A DNA stretch of 64,000 nucleotides. Source: Anaeramoeba ignava BMAN (taxonomy: Eukaryota; Protista; Anaeramoebae). The stretch lies in NCBI GenBank assembly GCA_028826165.1, contig JAPDFW010000056.1:248001-312000 (forward strand). Direction: 5' to 3'. Made by a program: the position numbers and the translations under genes. Of the stretch, positions 52,501 through 64,000 are shown piece by piece. How positions within the stretch are numbered: position 1 is the first letter of the stretch; every line of letters starts with the position of its first letter. The notes beneath the pieces are model-generated. The model was not told where the DNA came from, made no database searches, and saw nothing but the letters and a program-made list of their open reading frames with translations.

Positions 52501-55500
52501 TAATTTGGAATGTTTTGCCAGAACCTGCTAATTTTGAAATGAATACTTTCATTTTGTCAGATCTTTCTGGAAATTTCTCTTCCCATTCATTTTTAATAAA
52601 TGTTATTTGTTTTGATATTTTTATTTCTTGGTCATCTTTATTCTGATCTTCTGCTTCTTCCAATTTAAATTCATTCTCAATTTGATCTTGTTTTAAAGTT
52701 GTGAAGAAAGAACTTAAATAGTTTCTTGTTTCATTTGAGTTTTCTAATGAAAATAACAGTATTGATTTTTGTTTTGCTTGTGAATTATGTCTTCTTGTTG
52801 TTTTGAGTTTTGAAATTAAAATTGTTTGTAATGTTTTAGAAAGTTTATGAGGGAAAATTATTGAAAATAATTGATCATCAACTAATGTTTGTGATTTTTT
52901 AAACAAAATAATAAATCTGGAAATATCATCTTCAGTTGTGTTTTTGTTACAAAAAAGGATTTGTTGTTTTGTTGGGAATTTGTTGTTTGTGTATTTGAGA
53001 TATAATGTTGTGAGAAATTCATAAATTTCCATTTCTTTTTGGATTTGAATAACAAATATTGGTTCTTGATTTTGTGGTGGCCAATTTGTGGAAAATAATT
53101 TTTGAAGTTCATTTTGTGATTTTGATTGTTTTTTTTTTGTTTGGATATCTGTTAATTCTTTTTTGAAAGAACTGAAATCTTTTGATTCATCATTTTCTCG
53201 TTTCCATTTAAAATTTTCATCTATTCCCAATAAATCAAGAGATGGTTTTATTTTTTTAATTCCCTTTGATTTTTTGGATTTAAGTACATTATAAATTTCT
53301 TTAATTTGATCAAATTGACTTTCAAGTTTTTGATGCAATTCTTGAATAAATAATTTGAAATCTTCTTCTTCTTCTTTTTCATTTCTTTTCCATTTAAATT
53401 TTGAATCAATTTTTGATAAATTAAGAATAGGTTTAATTTTTTTAATTTCATCTTCTTTATTTGATTTAAGAGAATTGTAAATAATTTTGATTTGATCATA
53501 AGAATAAAAGAAACTGTAAAAATATTTTCTAGTTACTTCTTTTTCAATTTCTGTCCATTCATCCTTCAATTTTCGCATTTCATCAATTATTTTTTGCAAA
53601 TCTTTTCTTTTTGTAATTTCATTTTCAATAGAATAGCCTTTAATGAATCTAGGATGAATTGATTTCTTGAAATGATCGAATAAATTAATCATTTCTTGGA
53701 TAAGTGGAACATAATGAGTAAATCTTTGTACTTTTTTATCTGTTTTTTCATTTTCAAGTAATAGCATATTGATATCAACAAAATCTTGAAAAGAAAATAT
53801 ATTTTGATCATTTTTCTCTTTTAATTTAAAAATTTCGCATTCAAATTCAATTTCGTCTTTAATTTCAAATTTAAATATTTTCTTGAGGATAGATGATAAA
53901 ATATTGGCTAGATTTTTGGATGCTCTTTGCTTAGGTGTTTCAAGTTGTCGTTTGATTAAATCAATAATTTCTTGTAACGAATGGAAAATTAGTTCGACAT
54001 TTCTTGATTGTTGAGTTTGATTAAATTTAACTGGTGATTTCTCTTTCCAATTTTTTTCATTTTCTTTGATTAAATTAATAAAATTGCTGAAAGTTATACT
54101 TTTGGTCTTTTCTTCTGATAAAAAAATTTCAAGTCTATTCCGAATATAACCCAGAGGTTCTTCAAAAATAAAAAACTCTTCATCAATCAATTCCATTACC
54201 TCGGCCCAATCGACTGTATGCTCTTTCATAAAATTGAATAATTGATCATTGAATTTTGTCACACCCCTTTTCACTTCTATTCTAGGGAAAATATCTGAAA
54301 GGAATGAAAAAAATTCCGAATTTAAATCTTGAATGAATTTTTGATAAAGGTTATAAAATGGTATAACATCCTTTAAAGTTTTTCTTTTTGTTGATTTCCC
54401 GAAATTTTTTTTGAATTGTCCAAATTCTTTATCTTTTAATTCGAATTTTTCGCAAAAGAAAATAAAAACTTTATAATTGCTATCGAATTCATAAAGTATT
54501 TTATATTTTTTGAGAATTTCTGATTTGAAATTCCCATTAGTTGCTAAGTTTAATAATCTAACTTCTTCATCAATATCTTCGATGGACATCTTTAAATCAA
54601 TATAGTTTTCAAGTTCTCTGAATGTAAACAATTTTTGAACAAATTTGTTTTGGATGTCATTTAATTTTTCATCTGAATTTTTGATTGTTTCAATAATATT
54701 TATTGTTTGCTGCTTAACATATAGCTCGTTCCAAACTAGTTTTTTCAGCCATTTACTTTGACAAATTTTGTTATAAATAACCATTCTCTCATTTATTTCT
54801 TCTGAAATTCCAAAAAATTTAAGTGTATCTTTGAGTTTTACTTGAGGTGCACTGATGATTTTTGATTTTAAATCAGGGTTTATTGGTTTATTATCGATAT
54901 AATTATTGATAAAATTTTTAATGGTTTCTTCTTGCTTTTTGAAATTTTCTACAATTTTTTTTGGAGTTTCCAAGTCGAATTTAGGAAATAATTTTAAAAG
55001 AAGATTGTTAAAAAGTTCATTAGTAATTAATTTGAAATCATTGATTGTTATTTCTTGTTTATCAATATTATCTTTGATTCTTTTGGTATATTTATAATCT
55101 TTATTTAATTGAGAGAATGGTTGTTGAGAATAAGATGGATTAAATTTTTGATTAAGTTTCATTAAATATATCCATAATTCTAATGAATTTTTTTGAGAGA
55201 TTTGATTAAATTTTTCAATTAATTTATGAAATTTGTTAGAATTGCTTGATATAAATTTGATTGATGTATTTTGTTCTACCACATTTTTCCAGGATTTTAT
55301 TTCAATTTCTTCTGGTAATTTATTCAGATATTCTTCTGGAAATATTTTGTTATTAAGAATTTTAGTATATTCTTCAATCAAAAAATCTGCAATTATTTTG
55401 TAAAAATTATTCGGAATTTGATTGTCTGGGAATATTTTATTATAAATAGCTTCTTTAATTGGGTCTTTGATATTTTTTTTGAAACTAGTTAAGTGATTTG

Positions 55501-56800
55501 AAGAAAAATTAATAATTTGTCGTTCTTTGTCTTGATCTGATTTTTCAATAAGAGGGATAAAAGGTTTCCAGACTTGAATAAATTCATTAATTGATTGGAT
55601 TTCTTCTAAATTATTTTTGATTTCTTCAAGAATATTTATCGATAAATCAAAAGGGATTGTTTCTATTTTAATCATTTCATCTAAATTTTGGAAAAATGAA
55701 TTATAATTTTGATTTGATTTTTGCACAAATTGTTTCATTAATGAGCTGATTGGATTTTGATATTGATATTGATTTTGATATTGATATTGATATTGATATT
55801 GATATTGATTTTGATATTGATATTGATTTTGATTTTGATTTTGGATTTGAATTTGAATTTGAATTTGATTTTTTCCAAAAAAGAAGTAATGAAACATTTC
55901 CTTGAAAGCATTTTTGATGTTTTCATCGAAATTGTTTTTGGAATTTAGATTGAATTTGAATTCAGGAATCTTGGTTTGATATAAATCCAAAATGGGGATG
56001 TATTTAACAATTAATACAGAATCAATTTTGCTTTCGTGATCAGGGATTTTAGAGAAAATGATTTTGAATAATTTTTGGATTTTTTTTTTAGAGATTTCAT
56101 CATAAACGTGTTTGAAATTATTGATGAGAAGATGATTAAATAGATCTGGAATAAGTTCATATTGATTTAAAAGGATTAATTTGAAGACTTTATATTTATC
56201 GGTTTCATCTTTTAATTTTGGATTTTTCTTGAAATAATCTGAAACAATTTTTTGATCAATCTTTAGTAATTCAAGATTTTGTTGGAAATCTCCCAGCATG
56301 CCTTCAATTTGTAAATGGTTTGTATCAAAAGAAAGCAGAATATCAAGAAAACCTGGTTTTGATTCTTCAGAAAATGGATTTTCTTTGTTTCCATATTCAA
56401 AAAAAGTAAGATAAGATGAATTTGATTGTATTTTTCTTTCGATGAAATCACCAAAATTAATTAAATTGACATTGTAGATTGAAGATTTAATAAAGATGGA
56501 TAAATTCAACTGGTCTTCCTTTGTATAATTTATGTGTTTAAATCCTGACGATTTTGATTTGTTTTGATTCTTAAGAATTTCATTATGAACAATAACAAAA
56601 TAGAAAGGAGTTCTTGATATTTTGTTTAAATCAAGTTGTAAATTCCAAATTGATTCATTTTGTCTGTTTATTTGATTCATTGGATGAATTTCATTTTCAT
56701 TTTCATTTCTTTGAGGAAAAGCAATTAAAACTTGTTCTTCTTCTTCTTTTTCATACTCTTTAGTATTAATGAAGAGATTAATTTGAACTAAATTTTGCAT
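43516..56800 (-). CDS. RNF213/mysterin-like giant dynein-related AAA+ ATPase (~4,400 aa); one intron at 49841-49923 and an apparent frameshift in the repeat near 45170
   Basis: RNF213-type motifs in order: LAGSGKT/FHFDL, LTNDNFIK...PVIILGETGCGKTRL, FLFDEFNT, ANPYR, DFGSL, SLRD, ENLLVEFICIQTKIPLFIIGKP|GTSKSLS, LDEVALAE...PLKVLH, ISNWKLDASKTNRG, FFGLRDFYYLIK, LRNFGG, LYDVLNQ, LNRFEKQ. Confidence 0.9.
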
Positions 56801-57059
56801 TAAACAAAAAAAATAAAAGTAAAAAAATGAAAAAAAACTTTTAAAAAAATTTTTTTTTTCCTCTTTTTTTTTTTTTAATTTTTTTTATCTAAATATCAGA
56901 CAAGTTTAAGTTTTAGTTTTAATTTTTAAAGATAAAAGGAAAAAAAAAAAAAAGAGGAAAATAATTTTTTTTTCCACTTTCTCTTTTTCTCTTTTTTTTT
57001 TTAAATAAAAATTTTTTCATTTTTCCCATTTGAAAAATTTTTTTTTCATTTAAAAAAGA

Positions 57060-57998
57060 ATGGAGTATATTGAACTTAATACAAAACAAAAAATACCAGC
57101 TTTAGGAATTGGAACCTACAGGTCTCCAAAAGGTGAAGTAGGCAAAGCAATAAAAATCGCATTAGAAACAGGATTTAGACACATTGATTGTGCATATTTT
57201 TATGGAAATGAAGATGAAATTGGTGAAATTCTTAAAGAAACATTTGATCAAGGAAAAATCAAAAGAGAAGATGTTTGGATAACTTCTAAGTTATGGAATA
57301 TTTTCCACGATCCAAAAGATGTTCAAGAAGGTTGTGAAAAAACAATTAAAGATCTTCAATGTGGTTATCTTGATCTATTTCTTATTCATTGGCCTGTTTG
57401 TTTTGAAAAAAGAAATGATCTTGATTTGCTCCCAAGAAAAGATGAAAACACAATGAGTACTGTTGATATTCCATTAATTGAAACATGGCATGCAATGGAA
57501 AAACTTGTTGAAATTGGACTTGTTAAATCAATTGGAATTTCTAATTTTACAAAAGAAAGGATTGAAGAAATTTATGAAAAAGCAAAGATCAAACCAGTAA
57601 TAAATCAAATTGAAAATCATCCATATCTTCAACAAGAAGAACTTTGCGAATATTGTCGTAAAAATGGAATTCAAATCACAGCTTATTCTCCTCTTGGAAC
57701 AAGTCATTTTAAAAAAGAAAATCCTTCTTTACTTCAAGATCCAATTATTCTTGAAATTGCTAAGAAACATAATGTTTCACCTGCTCAAATTTTAATCAAA
57801 TGGCAAATTCAAAGAGGAAATACTGTTATTCCAAAAGCTGTTAAACCTGAACATATTAAAGATAATTTTGAATGTTTGAAAGTTAAACTTACTGAAGAAG
57901 ATATGAAACAAATTGCAACTCTTGATCGTCATTTCCGTTTTGTTAATCCTCTTAATTTTTGGAATATTGATGTTTATGGAGAAGCTAACAAGAAATAA
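57060..57998 (+). CDS. Aldo-keto reductase (AKR1-like), copy 1, intact
   Basis: Catalytic tetrad D (HIDCA), Y, K (SKLW), H (IHWP); IGISNF, NQIENHPY, AYSPLG, VIPK. Confidence 0.95.
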   Translation: MEYIELNTKQKIPALGIGTYRSPKGEVGKAIKIALETGFRHIDCAYFYGNEDEIGEILKETFDQGKIKREDVWITSKLWNIFHDPKDVQEGCEKTIKDLQCGYLDLFLIHWPVCFEKRNDLDLLPRKDENTMSTVDIPLIETWHAMEKLVEIGLVKSIGISNFTKERIEEIYEKAKIKPVINQIENHPYLQQEELCEYCRKNGIQITAYSPLGTSHFKKENPSLLQDPIILEIAKKHNVSPAQILIKWQIQRGNTVIPKAVKPEHIKDNFECLKVKLTEEDMKQIATLDRHFRFVNPLNFWNIDVYGEANKK

Positions 57999-58136
57999 TT
58001 TCCCAAAATAAATTTTTCCATTTTTTAATTTTCAATCCAAAAATCAATAAAAAAATTAAAACAAAAAAAAAAAAGCAAAAAAAATCCTTTCAAATTTTTT
58101 CTTTTTATTTTTTTCATTTTTTTTCATTTAAAAAGA

Positions 58137-59074
58137 ATGGAGTATGTTGAACTTAATACAAAACAAAAAATGCCAGCTTTAGGAATTGGAACCTACAAAT
58201 CACAAAAAGGTGAAGTAGGAAAAGCAATAAAAATTGCATTAGAAACAGGATTTAGACACATTGATTGTGCATATGTTTATGAAAATGAAGATGAAATTGG
58301 TGAAATTCTTAAAGAAACATTTGATCAAGGAAAAATCAAAAGAGAAGATGTTTGGATAACTTCAAAATTATATAATATTTTCCACGATCCAAAAGATGTT
58401 CAACCAGCTTGTGAAAAAACAATTAAAGATCTTCAATGTGGTTATCTTGATTTATATCTTATTCATTGGCCTGTCGCTTTTGAAAAAGAGAGAATCTTGA
58501 ATTGTTCCCAAGAAAAGATGAAAACACAATGAGTACTGTTGATATTCCATTAATTGAAACTTGGTATGCAATGGAAAAACTTGTTGAACTTGGACTTGTT
58601 AAAGCAATTGGAATTTCTAATTGTACAAAAGAAAGAATTGAAGAAATTTATGAAAAAGCAAAAATCAAACCAGCAATACATCAATTTGAAAATCATCCAT
58701 ATCTTCAACAAGAAGAACTTTGCGAATATTGCCATAAACTTGGAATTCAAATTACAGCTTATTCTCCTCTTGGAACAAGTGATTTTAAACAAGAAAATCC
58801 TTCTTTACTTAAAGATCCAGTTATTCTTGAAATTGCTAAGAAACATAATGTTTCACCTGCTCAAATTTTAATCAAATGGAGCATTCAACGAGGAAATGTT
58901 GTTATTCCAAAAGCTGTTAAACCTGAACATATTAAAGATAATTTTGAATGTTTGAAAGTTAAACTTACTGAAGAAGATATGAAACAAATTGCAACTCTTG
59001 ATCGCAATTTCCATTTTGTTAATCCCATTGATTTTTGGAATATTGATCTTTTTGGAGAAGCTAACAAGAAATAA
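58137..59074 (+). CDS. Aldo-keto reductase copy 2, with a one-base deletion in the A-run near 58485
   Basis: Highly similar to copies 1 and 3. It reads gaaaaagagagaat where the paralogs imply gaa aaa aga gag aat. Confidence 0.9.
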
Positions 59075-62000
59075 TTTCCAATTTCAATTTAAAACAATTT
59101 CAATTTCAATTTCAATCCATTTTTTCATTTCAATTTCAATTTTCAATCCATTTTTGATTTTCCGATTTAATTCAAAATAAATCAATTTTCAATCCAATTT
59201 TCAATTTAATTTTCAATTTAATTTTTAATTTAATTTTCAATCTAATTTTCATTTCAATTTCAATTTCAATTTCAATTTCAATTTCAATCAATTTTTGATT
59301 TTCCAATTTAATTCAATCAATTTTTCCAATTTTTTCTAATTTTTAATTTAATTTAATTTTCAATCTAATTTTCAATTTTCAATTTCAATTTTCAATTTAA
59401 TTTTTAATTTAATTTTCAATCCAATTTTCAATCCAATTTTCAATTTAATTTTAATTTTCAATCCAATTTTCAATTTAATTTTCAATTTAATTTTTAATTT
59501 CAATTTTTAATTTTCAATCAATTTTTCAATTTTCAATCTAATTTTCAATTTAATTTTTAATTTAATTTTTAATTTAATTTTTAATTTAATTTTCAATCCA
59601 ATTTTCAATCCAATTTTCAATCAATTTTCAATCCAATTTTCAATCCAATTTTCAATTTAATTTTCAATTTTTTTAATTTAATTTTTCAATTTAATTTTCA
59701 ATTTAATTTTCAATTTAATTTTCAATCCAATTTTCAATTTAATTTTTAATTTAATTTTTAATTTAATTTTCAATTTAATTTTCAATCCAATTTTCAATCC
59801 AATTTTTAATTTAATTTTCAATCCAATTTTCAATTTAATTTTTAATTTAATTTTCAATCTAATTTTCAATTTAATTTTCAATCCAATTTAATTTTCAATT
59901 TAATTTTCAATTTAATTTTAAATTTAATTTTCAATTTAATTTTAATTTAATTTTTAATCAATTTTTCAATCAATTTAATTTTTAATTTAATTTTCAATCC
60001 AATTTTCAATTTAATTTTAAATCAATTTTTAATTTAATTTTCAATCCAATTTAATTTTCAATCCAATTTTAATTTAATTTTTAATCAATTTTCAATCCAA
60101 TTTTCAATTTAATTTTCAATTTAATTTTTAAATTTAATTTTAATTTAATTTTTAATTTTCAATTTAATTTTCAATCCAATTTTCAATCCAATTTTCAATC
60201 CAATTTTAATTTTCAATCCAATTTTAATCCAATTTTCAATTTAATTTTCAATTTAATTTTTAATTTAATTTTTATTCCAATTTTCAATCCAATTTTCAAT
60301 CCAATTTTCAATCCAATTTTCAATCCAATTTTCAATCCAATTTTTGATTTAATTTTCAATTTAATTTTCAATTTAATTTTAATTTAATTTTAATTTTCAA
60401 TTTAATTTTCAATTTAATTTTTAATTTAATTTTCAATTTAATTTTCAATTTAATTTTCAATTTAATTTTAAATTTAATTTTCAATTTAATTTTCAATTTA
60501 ATTTTCAATCCAATTTTTCAATTCAATTTTTTTCAATTTTCAATTTTTTTTCAATTTAATTTTCAATCCAATTTTTCAATTTAATTTTAATTTAATTTTC
60601 AATCCAATTTTCAATTTAATTTTCAATTTAATTTTAATTTTAATTTTTTCAATTTTCAAATTTTAATTTTCAATCAATTTTTTCAATTTTCAATTTTAAT
60701 TTCAATCAATTTTCAATCCAATTTTCAATCCAATTTTCAATCCAATTTTCAATTTAATTTTCAATTTAATTTTTAATTTTCAATTTAATTTTTTTCAATT
60801 TTAATTTTTCAATTTAATTTTTCAATCAATTAATTTTTCAATTTTCAATCAATTTTCAATTTAATTTTCAATTTAATTTTTCAATCCAATTTTAATTTTT
60901 CAATTAATTTTTCAATTTAATTTTCAATCTAATTTTTCAATTTAATTTTCAATCAAATTTTCAATCCAATTTTTCAATCCAATTTTCAATTTAATTTTCA
61001 ATTTAATTTTCAATTTAATTTTCAATCCAATTTTCAATTTTTCAATTTAATTTTCAATCCAATTTTCAATTTAATTTTCAATTTAATTTTTAATTTAATT
61101 TTTAATTTAATTTTCAATCCAATTTTCAATTTAATTTTTTCAATTTAATTTTCAATCCAATTTTCAATTTAATTTTCAATCCAATTTTCAATTTAATTTT
61201 CAATTTAATTTTTCAATCCAATTTTTCCAATTTTCAATTTAATTTTCAATCCCTTCAATTTTCAATCAATTTTTCAATTTTAATTTAATTTTCAATCCAA
61301 TTTTCAATTTAATTTTCAATCCAATTTTCAATTCAATTTTCAATTTAATTTTCAATCCAATTTTCAATTTAATTTTCAATTTTCCAATTTTCAATTTAAT
61401 TTTCAATTTAATTTTCAATCCAATTTTCAATCCAATTTTCAATCCAATTTTCAATTTTTAATTTTCAATTTAATTTTTTCAATCAATTTAATTTTCAATT
61501 AATTTTTTCAATTTTTCCAATTTTCAATTTAATTTTTAATTTAATTTTCAATTTAATTTTCAATCTAATTTTCAATTTAATTTTCAATTTAATTTTCAAT
61601 TTAATTTTCAATCCAATTTTCAATCAATTTTCAATTTAATTTTTCAATTTAATTTTCAATTTAATTTTCAATTTAATTTTTAATCAATTTAATTTTCAAT
61701 TTAATTTTCAATTTAATTTTCAATTTAATTTTCAATTTAATTTTCAATTTAATTTTCAATTTAATTTTCAATTTAATTTTTAATTTTAATTTTCAAAATT
61801 TTTTTCAATCCAATTTTTAATTTTCAATCCAATTTTCAATTAATTTTCAATTTAATTTTTTTTCCAATTTTCAATTTAATTTTCAATCCAATTTTCAATT
61901 TAATTTTTAATTTAATTTTCAATTTAATTTTCAATTTAATTTTCAATTTAATTTTCAATTTTAATTTTAATTTAATTTTCAATTTAATTTTTAATTTTTT

Positions 62001-62875
62001 TTTCAATTTCAATTTAATTTTCAATTTAATTTTCAATCCAATTTTCAATTTAATTTTCAATTTAATTTTTAATTTAATTTTTAATTTAATTTTCAATTTA
62101 ATTTTTAATTTAATTTTTAATTTAATTTTTAATTTAATTTTCAATTTAATTTTCAATTTAATTTTTAATTTAATTTTCAATCCAATTTTCAATTTAATTT
62201 TCAATCCAATTTTCAATCCAATTTTCAATCCAATTTTCAATCCAATTTTCAATTTAATTTTTCAATTTAATTTTCAATCCAATTTTCAATCCAATTTTCA
62301 ATCCAATTTTCAATCCAATTTTCAATCCAATTTTCAATTTAATTTTCAATCAATTTTCAATCCAATTTTCAATCCAATTTTCAATTTAATTTTCAATCTA
62401 ATTTTCAATTCAATTTTTAATTTAATTTTCAATCCAATTTTCAATCCAATTTTCAATCCAATTTTCAATCCAATTTTTAATCCAATTTTCAATTTAATTT
62501 TCAATCCAATTTTTAATCCAATTTTCAATTTAATTTTCAATCCAATTTTCAATTCAATTTTCAATCCAATTTTAAATTTAATTTTCAATTTAATTTTTGA
62601 TTTAATTTTTAATCCAATTTTTAATTTAATTTTCAATCCAATTTTTAATCCAATTTTCAATTTAATTTTCAATCTAATTTTTAATTTAATTTTCAATTTA
62701 ATTTTCAATCCAATTTTCAATTTAATTTTCAATTTAATTTTAAATTTAATTTTTAATTTAATTTTCAATTTAATTTTCAATCCAATTTTTAATTTAATTT
62801 TCAATCCAATTTTTAATTTCATTTTCAATTTAATTTTCAATTTAATTTTTAATCTAATTTTCAATTTAATTTTTA
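59075..62875. repeat. (AATTTTCAATTT/AATTTTCAATCC)n 12-mer satellite, ~3.8 kb
   Basis: Direct inspection; the largest array in the window. Confidence 0.92.
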
Positions 62876-63196
62876 TTCTTTTTAATTTATTTATTTAAAT
62901 AAAAAGATCAATTCATTTAAACTCCTAATTTAATAAGAAAAAAAAAAAAAAAAAAAAAAAATAAAAAGAAAACAAAAGTATTTCCAAATAATCCCCTTTA
63001 TTTATTTTATTTATTTATTATTTATTTTATTTTTTTTATTAAAAGAAATTAAATAAATTTTTTTGAGTGACGTAGTTTAGAATTTTATTTAAAAAAAGAA
63101 GAAAAAAGCAAAAAAAAAAAAAAAAGCAAAAAAAATCCTTTCAAATTTTTTCTTTTTATTTTTTTCATTTTTTTCATTTTTTTTATTTAAAAAAGA

Positions 63197-64000
63197 ATGG
63201 AGTATGTTGAACTTAATACAAAACAAAAAATGCCAGCTTTAGGAATTGGAACCTACAGGTCTCCAAAAGGTGAATTAGGAAAAGCAATAAAAATTGCATT
63301 AGAAACAGGAATTAGACACATTGATTGTGCATACTTTTATGAAAATGAAGATGAAATTGGTGAAGTTCTTAAAGAAACATTTGATCAAGGAAAAATCAAA
63401 AGAGAAGATGTTTGGATAACTTCAAAATTATATAATATTTTCCACGATCCAAAAGATGTTCAAGAAGGTTGTGAAAAAACAATTAAAGATCTTCAATGTG
63501 GTTATCTTGATTTGTTTCTTATTCATTGGCCTGTCGCTTTTGCAAAAAGAGATAATCTTGAATTATTTCCAAAAAATGATGACGACTCAATGTGTACTGT
63601 TGATGTTACATTAATTGAAACATGGCATGCAATGGAAAAACTTGTTGAACTTGGACTTGTTAAAGCAATTGGAATTTCTAATTGTACAAAAGAAAAAATT
63701 GACGAAATTTATGAAAAAGCAAAAATCAAACCAGCAGTGAACCAAATTGAAAATCATCCATATCTTCAACAAGAAGAACTTTGTCAATATTGTCGTAAAC
63801 TTGGAATTCAAATTACAGCTTATTCTCCTCTTGGAACAACTGATTTTAAACAAGAAAATGCTTTATTACTTAAAGATCCAGTTATTCTTGAAATTGCTAA
63901 GAAACATAATGCTTCACCTGCTCAAGTTTTAATCAAATGGAACATTCAAAGAGGAAATGCTGTTATTCCAAAAGCTGTTAAACCTGAACATATTAAAGAT
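63197..64000 (+). CDS. Aldo-keto reductase copy 3 (runs off the window end)
   Basis: ATG GAG TAT GTT GAA CTT at 63197; open frame with the same AKR motifs. Confidence 0.92.
   Translation, partial: MEYVELNTKQKMPALGIGTYRSPKGELGKAIKIALETGIRHIDCAYFYENEDEIGEVLKETFDQGKIKREDVWITSKLYNIFHDPKDVQEGCEKTIKDLQCGYLDLFLIHWPVAFAKRDNLELFPKNDDDSMCTVDVTLIETWHAMEKLVELGLVKAIGISNCTKEKIDEIYEKAKIKPAVNQIENHPYLQQEELCQYCRKLGIQITAYSPLGTTDFKQENALLLKDPVILEIAKKHNASPAQVLIKWNIQRGNAVIPKAVKPEHIKD

Noticed and set aside
43516-56800. Intein insertions (reported as abundant in Anaeramoeba) in the AAA+ giant or other genes
   Set aside because: I found no Hint-domain motifs (N-terminal C/S block, C-terminal HN followed by C/S/T) and no LAGLIDADG motifs.
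49904-56800. Dynein heavy chain or midasin
   Set aside because: The motif wording and spacing match RNF213, and no microtubule-binding stalk or MIDAS domain is visible.
29560-58500. Programmed ribosomal frameshifting or pseudogenisation at Vps34 (~29570, ~30430) and AKR copy 2 (~58485)
   Set aside because: All are one-base changes in A-runs with conserved sequence on both sides and no shared recoding signal. Homopolymer assembly error is the simplest explanation.
36-62864. Many ORF-track entries such as ILILIL, FDFDFD, KIKLKIGL, NIQYSI and EYLFIW
   Set aside because: They are translations of stop-free satellite arrays, or shadow frames and antisense of real genes.
32165-63075. ACGT-core (bZIP-like) sites upstream of the AIG1-like gene (TTACGTGG, ~32168) and AKR copy 3 (TGACGTAG, ~63069)
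   Set aside because: They stand out in AT-rich DNA, but two instances are too few to support a regulatory call.

Overview
This is very AT-rich eukaryotic (protist) DNA, not prokaryotic. It has GT-AG spliceosomal introns, many inflated to 0.5-3 kb by simple satellite arrays. Gene content and style suggest an anaerobic metamonad such as Anaeramoeba; this is an inference and was not verified. In order, the window holds: the last exon of an unknown gene; PCYT2 (-); a PAP2-family lipid phosphatase (-); a divergent U2 snRNA gene (-) not visible in the ORF track; VPS35L (+); a CARMIL-type PH-LRR protein fused to ankyrin repeats, a Ras-like GTPase domain and an RGS domain (+); an ankyrin-BTB-BTB gene (+); a GPS2-like gene (+); a MED8-like gene (-); a Vps34-type PI3K that appears to lack its C2 domain (-); an AIG1/ADTRP hydrolase (-); eIF3a (-); a Ras-family GTPase (+); Sam50/Omp85 (+); a ~4,400-aa RNF213-like AAA+ giant with no visible E3 module (-); and three tandem aldo-keto reductases (+). 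Several single-base frameshifts fall in homopolymers or repeats and look like assembly errors. Gene models were spliced by eye.
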